Source: Candidatus Methylomirabilis oxygeniifera
GTDB lineage: Bacteria > Methylomirabilota > Methylomirabilia > Methylomirabilales > Methylomirabilaceae
Assembly (NCBI GenBank): GCA_000091165.1
Contig: FP565575.1
Span: forward strand, 900,001-932,000
Reading direction: 5' to 3'
Length of the DNA stretch: 32,000 nucleotides
Made by a program: the position numbers and the translations under genes. Positions 28,600-32,000 of this stretch are shown here, in pieces. The notes under the pieces were generated by a model. The model had not been told where the DNA came from and did not search any database. It was given only the letters and a program-made list of their open reading frames with translations. Every line of letters begins with the position of its first letter. Position 1 is the stretch's first letter.

Positions 28600-29997
28600 C
28601 TAGAACCAGACCGCCAGTCGCGACAGAATCTCCCACGACTTCTCGTCGCCCTTGACGGCGGTCATCTTGTCGTTGTCATACCAGTTGTTGACATAGTTGA
28701 ACATCAGGCGGACGTTCGGGCTGAGGTACCAGTTGAAGCCGAGGGTCATTGCATCGACACCGTTCTCGCCAGGGCTGGCCAGTGGATCGTCGGAAATGAA
28801 GTCGAGCTGAGCAAATCGGGCCGTCAGTTCCAGTGCGCCAAAGCCACCAGTCCTGGGATCGAAATTCTTTTTGACTTTGGGTGCCTTCCCGTGAACCTTT
28901 TCCTCACCCGTGATGAGCCAGGTCCCGGCGACGTACCAACCACGGCCCTCGACATCGTCAAGGTCGCTCCCTCCAGCGCCGAGGCCGTCTCGCTCTTCTC
29001 TTGTCTTGACATACTCACCGTACAACCCAACGGGGCCATAGGCGTGGACCACCTCGAAGCCGTAACGAACGCGATCGCCTTGCGTCGTAACGCGTGGGAA
29101 GAACTCAAACCGGGCATCGGTACGGCCACGAAGACTTTCTCCCTTATCCTGATCGCCGTAGGTCATGTGGCCGGCGATATGGAGCTTTTGGAGTGCTGGA
29201 ATGTCGAGCATCTTGAATGGGCGAACCAACAGACGACCCGCGTAATCCTTGGCGTCATTCTTATCCGAACTGTTCGCTCCGGTGCCGTTGAAGATTCCGG
29301 CCGAATAGTCGAGCGAACCTCCAAGAAGAGATCCGTGGACCATGCCGCCGACGTCACGGGCTGGAACAAGATTGTTGACGACCGACCGCTCCACGAAGTC
29401 GATGAACCGGGAAGAGGTCAGCTCCTCGAAGCTGAAGGGAACCTTGTACTGGCCGCCTCGGACCCTGAACTCCGGCCAGTAGTTCAATTCGCCGTAGCCA
29501 TCAGTCAAGTTGAATGAGCTCCCCTCGCTGAATTCTCCCTCCACTTTAAAGTCCAAGTACTTGAAAAACGTCGCATCGATCCCGAGGCGAGCTCTGCGGA
29601 CCAGGAGATTTGTGATGAGGTCGCTGCGGGTGGGGGAGGCGTTGCTACGGTTGCTGTCCAGTTTCTTGGCATCCCCCTCGTAGGAGCGTACATCGAAATT
29701 GAGTCGCCCGTGCAATTCGACCTTGTGCTGCCCGTCGGCGGATTTGAGGTAGGGGGTCCAGTCCTTAAGCCCGGCCAGGAGTCTCTCGGCCCCTTCCTTT
29801 TTGGCCCGCGTCTTGAGTTCCTGGTACTTGTCCTCGGTAATGTGGCCTTTGTCTTTCAAGATGTCCAGTAATTCGTCCAGGACCGCCTTATCCTCTTTTG
29901 TTTGAGCTGCCACAGGCGCCGAAGCGAGCGGACCGAACGCCAGGGCAATGCTAACTGTTATTGCGAGGAAAAAGATCTTGCGTAGAAATCGTCCCAT
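28600..29997 (-). CDS. phosphate-selective porin O/P family outer-membrane protein
   Basis: I prefer ATG 29997 (AAGGAG 7 nt upstream), which gives MGRFLRKIFFLAITVSIALAFGPLASAPVAAQ as a signal peptide. The C-terminus NYVNNWYDND...ILSRLAVWF is beta-barrel-like. Location is in the pst cluster. Confidence 0.8.
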   Translation of the reverse strand: MGRFLRKIFFLAITVSIALAFGPLASAPVAAQTKEDKAVLDELLDILKDKGHITEDKYQELKTRAKKEGAERLLAGLKDWTPYLKSADGQHKVELHGRLNFDVRSYEGDAKKLDSNRSNASPTRSDLITNLLVRRARLGIDATFFKYLDFKVEGEFSEGSSFNLTDGYGELNYWPEFRVRGGQYKVPFSFEELTSSRFIDFVERSVVNNLVPARDVGGMVHGSLLGGSLDYSAGIFNGTGANSSDKNDAKDYAGRLLVRPFKMLDIPALQKLHIAGHMTYGDQDKGESLRGRTDARFEFFPRVTTQGDRVRYGFEVVHAYGPVGLYGEYVKTREERDGLGAGGSDLDDVEGRGWYVAGTWLITGEEKVHGKAPKVKKNFDPRTGGFGALELTARFAQLDFISDDPLASPGENGVDAMTLGFNWYLSPNVRLMFNYVNNWYDNDKMTAVKGDEKSWEILSRLAVWF

Positions 29998-30164
29998 GCC
30001 TTGTCTCCTTGTGTGATTGTGATAAAGCCGGTTAACGCGGACTTCCTCGTTGCGGTGTAAGACCGTGGGTGGTAACGCCGACTGAGTATTGACATGTGGC
30101 GCCTGTCCTCCTGGTGCAGGATGTCGCAGATACTTGCACATGGTCCCAGCTCCTGTCGGTTGAT

Positions 30165-30524
30165 TCAGGCCGACCGCTTCAGTGGCAGATCCGGCATCTG
30201 TGAGAAGCTGCTTTCAAGGTCGTGGTACAGTGCATAAACCTGAAGGAAGGGATTCCAATCGAATTGCGCCCGAAGTTCATCTTGAAGAGCGTACAGCCTG
30301 AGGGTACCATCCTGCGCCTTGACCTCCTGGCGGATAGCCCCTAGGACGCCCAGCTCCGGGATGCCGAGCTCGTCAAGCCCGGTCAGGTTGATGACGACTT
30401 TCACACCGTGGCGCCGCAGCAACGGCAAGAGGACCCGGTGTAACCGTGCCTCCTCGTTGTCTGCCGCCTTCCCATCAAGCCTGATGATCAGACTCCCTTT
30501 GTGCTCCTTGATCCGGTATCGCAT
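30165..30524 (-). CDS. STAS-domain protein (anti-sigma-factor-antagonist-like)
   Basis: I prefer ATG 30524 (AGAGGAG 6 nt upstream), giving 119 aa: MRYRIKEHKGSLIIRLDGKAADNEEARLHRVLLPLLRRHGVKVVINLTGLDELGIPELGVLGAI...GTLRLYALQDELRAQF. Confidence 0.7.
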   Translation of the reverse strand: MRYRIKEHKGSLIIRLDGKAADNEEARLHRVLLPLLRRHGVKVVINLTGLDELGIPELGVLGAIRQEVKAQDGTLRLYALQDELRAQFDWNPFLQVYALYHDLESSFSQMPDLPLKRSA

Positions 30525-30546
30525 ATGCCACTCCTCTTTGTTATGG

Positions 30547-30765
30547 TTACGCCGCCAGTCGTTGCCCGCCCATTGGTCGAATACTGATACGCAGTGCCTG
30601 CTCTTCCCTGTTGTACGAAATTCGTTCGATGGTTCCATCGATGGGGCTCAGTACAAATTGATCATCGAAATATGGAGAGAGGCCTAACAGGTAGCCCCTC
30701 TTTACCTCGCTCTTTGCGACCAGTCGGTTGTAAGAACTCCCATCAACCTTCAACGTAATCAGCAT
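30547..30765 (-). CDS. hypothetical 72-aa protein (possible lipoyl/barrel-sandwich-hybrid-like fold without the modifiable Lys)
   Basis: Strong AAGGAGG RBS 5 nt upstream of ATG 30765. LSPIDGTIERISYN resembles the xSPxxGxVxxVN strand of GcvH/biotinyl-lipoyl domains. The family assignment is weak. Confidence 0.5.
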   Translation of the reverse strand: MLITLKVDGSSYNRLVAKSEVKRGYLLGLSPYFDDQFVLSPIDGTIERISYNREEQALRISIRPMGGQRLAA

Positions 30766-30786
30766 GTCATCCTCCTTTTTGATGGC

Positions 30787-30830
30787 ATCCTAACCGTGGC
30801 TTGTTACAACCATATGAAGGATCGATGACA
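30787..30830 (-). promoter_or_regulatory. candidate Pho box plus -10 for the small-protein/STAS/porin transcription unit
   Basis: Read on the minus strand: TGTCAT(30830)-cgatc-CTTCAT(30819)-atggt-TGTAAC(30808), an 11-bp period, then 10 nt, then TAGGAT (30792-30787). Confidence 0.5.
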
Positions 30831-31006
30831 CGGAAGTAAATTCGAGACCTCGGAGTAGCGATCTCAGTGAGAGCGGGAAGAGAAATAGTGTGAGAGCGGA
30901 GCACACCGGGGCAAACCGCAGTATCAGGGGCAGCTATCCCGTGGTGCGGTCCGTTCCGGCTTCCACCGTCCTATACGATTTGCGGAAGAGTCTTAAATAG
31001 AAGAAA

Positions 31007-31061
31007 TGTTACACCACTGCAACATCGCAGTAATCCGGGTGTAATTGTGGCCTGTTTTACT
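31007..31061 (+). promoter_or_regulatory. candidate Pho box plus -10 for the zinc-ribbon/HMA-like gene pair
   Basis: TGTTAC(31007)-accac-TGCAAC(31018)-atcgc-AGTAAT(31029)-ccggg-TGTAAT(31040), an exact 11-bp period, then 10 nt, then TTTACT (31056-31061). Confidence 0.45.
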
Positions 31062-31121
31062 TAGGCCATGAGAATCGCTTGTCCGGAAGAGGGGAGAGTA
31101 GAAACACGGGGCGGTGAAGTG

Positions 31122-31364
31122 ATGTGCCCGTCATGCGGTTCAGAAGCCGTCAACAGGTACGGACGGGCATGGACCCAAAAGCAGCGGTTTCGATGCCTGA
31201 TATGCGGAAGACAGTTCACGCTTGGCAATCGAAACACCACACCTGCCAAGAGACCTTACTGCGGTAAGTGCGGTCGACCAATGCATATCTATAAACGGGA
31301 AGCGAATATTATCAGATTCAGGTGTTCCGGGTATCCGGACTGTCGGGGCTTTCACAAACAGTGA
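31122..31364 (+). CDS. small double zinc-ribbon protein (IS1 InsA-type CPxCG...CxxC ribbon plus topoisomerase-type C4 finger)
   Basis: MCPSCGSEAVNRYGRAWTQKQRFRCLICGRQF then CGKCGRPMHIYKREANIIRFRCSGYPDC. The ORF track starts at 31068. I prefer ATG 31122 because the predicted -10 lies at 31056-31061 and homology starts at the first Cys pair. Confidence 0.6.
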   Translation: MCPSCGSEAVNRYGRAWTQKQRFRCLICGRQFTLGNRNTTPAKRPYCGKCGRPMHIYKREANIIRFRCSGYPDCRGFHKQ

Positions 31365-31379
31365 GCGAGGAGGTGTGAC

Positions 31380-31751
31380 GTGAGTCACTATATCCACGAT
31401 ATACCGGGAAGGCTCAGGGTGAGGACGCCCGTGATCCAGCGCAATCCCCATCTTGCCCAGGAAGTCTACGGGCTGTTGGCGGTGCTTCGCGGAATAGAGA
31501 GCGTGACAGTCAAGGTCGTGACCGGGAGTATCGTGATTCACTATGACCACAAGGTGATCCGGTCGCGAGAGATTATTGCCGCCCTCACCCACGCCGGTTA
31601 TTTTGATCCGAAGAAGGCGATCACCCACGATGACTACCTGCATGACGCATGCGTCAAGACCGGCAAGATCGTGTGGAAGGCCTTCTTTGGGGCTTTTGTA
31701 GATACGGCACTTGAAGGGTCCGCGCTGTCGTTCATCGCAATTCTGATATAG
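31380..31751 (+). CDS. HMA-like (HMA_2-type) domain protein lacking the CxxC metal site, with hydrophobic C-terminal tail
   Basis: 123 aa, GTG start. HDIPGRLRVRTPVIQRNPHLAQEVYGLLAVLRGIESVTVKVVTGSIVIHYD matches the H-x-x-PGR-x-R-x-R pattern. No Cys pair. The C-terminus GAFVDTALEGSALSFIAILI is hydrophobic. Confidence 0.65.
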   Translation: MSHYIHDIPGRLRVRTPVIQRNPHLAQEVYGLLAVLRGIESVTVKVVTGSIVIHYDHKVIRSREIIAALTHAGYFDPKKAITHDDYLHDACVKTGKIVWKAFFGAFVDTALEGSALSFIAILI

Positions 31752-31800
31752 CAATTCCCCACATTGCCTTCTCCCGTTGCATCGCGCAGCGGTATTCCTA

Positions 31801-32000
31801 TCAGCCTTGCAGGGCACTGACCTTATCGGTGACCTCCCATGGAAGTCCGATGTCCATCCGTCCCACATGTCCATATGCAGCCAACTTCCTGTAAAACCCA
31901 CCTTTGATCAGGGATGGCAGATAGCGCAGGTTGAACTGCCTCATGATCCCAACGATCCGAAAATCGACATGGTTCTCAAGGAGCTGGGCGATCCGGGCGT
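31801..32000 (-). CDS. metK: S-adenosylmethionine synthetase, C-terminal end (5' part beyond window)
   Basis: Hand translation of the minus strand: ...LLENHVDFRIVGIMRQFNLRYLPSLIKGGFYRKLAAYGHVGRMDIGLPWEVTDKVSALQG*. AAYGH(F/V)GR...PWE..DK is the MetK C-terminal signature. Stop at 31803-31801. Confidence 0.85.
   Translation of the reverse strand, partial: ARIAQLLENHVDFRIVGIMRQFNLRYLPSLIKGGFYRKLAAYGHVGRMDIGLPWEVTDKVSALQG

Noticed and set aside
28453-29517. 354-aa plus-strand ORF
   Set aside because: It is antisense to the porin gene, which has a signal peptide, an RBS and a beta-barrel C-terminus. The composition is typical of a shadow ORF in GC-rich DNA.
29998-30141. Upstream extension of the porin ORF (start at 30141)
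   Set aside because: The extension has no RBS and precedes an obvious signal peptide. The internal ATG 29997 has a canonical AAGGAG.
30525-30638. Upstream extension of the STAS ORF (start at 30638)
   Set aside because: The extension has no RBS and overlaps the upstream 72-aa gene. The internal ATG 30524 has a canonical AGAGGAG.
31140-31901. 253-aa minus-strand ORF spanning the zinc-ribbon and HMA-like genes
   Set aside because: It has no recognisable motifs, runs into the metK stop region in a different frame, and overlaps two plus-strand ORFs that both carry clear family signatures.

Overview
Chromosomal segment from a diderm-type bacterium, about 60% G+C by eye. I cannot assign a taxon from sequence alone. 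Most of it is recognisable housekeeping. Left to right: an envelope cluster (CE4 deacetylase, GT4 glycosyltransferase, DUF218, bactofilin); clpB; a GrdB-like gene interrupted by an in-frame TGA (probable selenoprotein); an M48 lipoprotein protease; a tight glyA-nrdR-hemA-hemC-cobA/hemD operon; DUF4321-maf; a low-GC non-coding island carrying a DUF4160/DUF2442 pair; ubiX; an ExbB/ExbD-like pair followed by a DUF47 gene; and tatA-tatC. The rest is a long minus-strand phosphate block: small protein, STAS protein, OprO/P-type porin, pstS, long-form pstC and pstA, pstB, and a PhoU-DUF47 fusion. A divergent zinc-ribbon + HMA-like gene pair follows, then the 3' end of metK. The strongest leads are listed here. 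(1) Three sites carry 11-bp-periodic TGTAAC/TGTCAT-like hexamers with Pho-box geometry. One is upstream of pstS. Two lie back to back in the 30.77-31.07 kb intergenic region, placing the small-protein/STAS pair and the zinc-ribbon/HMA-like pair under candidate phosphate control. (2) The PhoU-DUF47 fusion has a free-standing DUF47 paralog attached to an ExbBD-like pair. (3) The UGA-containing GrdB-like gene. (4) A family of nested palindromic repeats sits at operon ends and inside the pst operon. No rRNA, tRNA, CRISPR array or intact transposase was seen.
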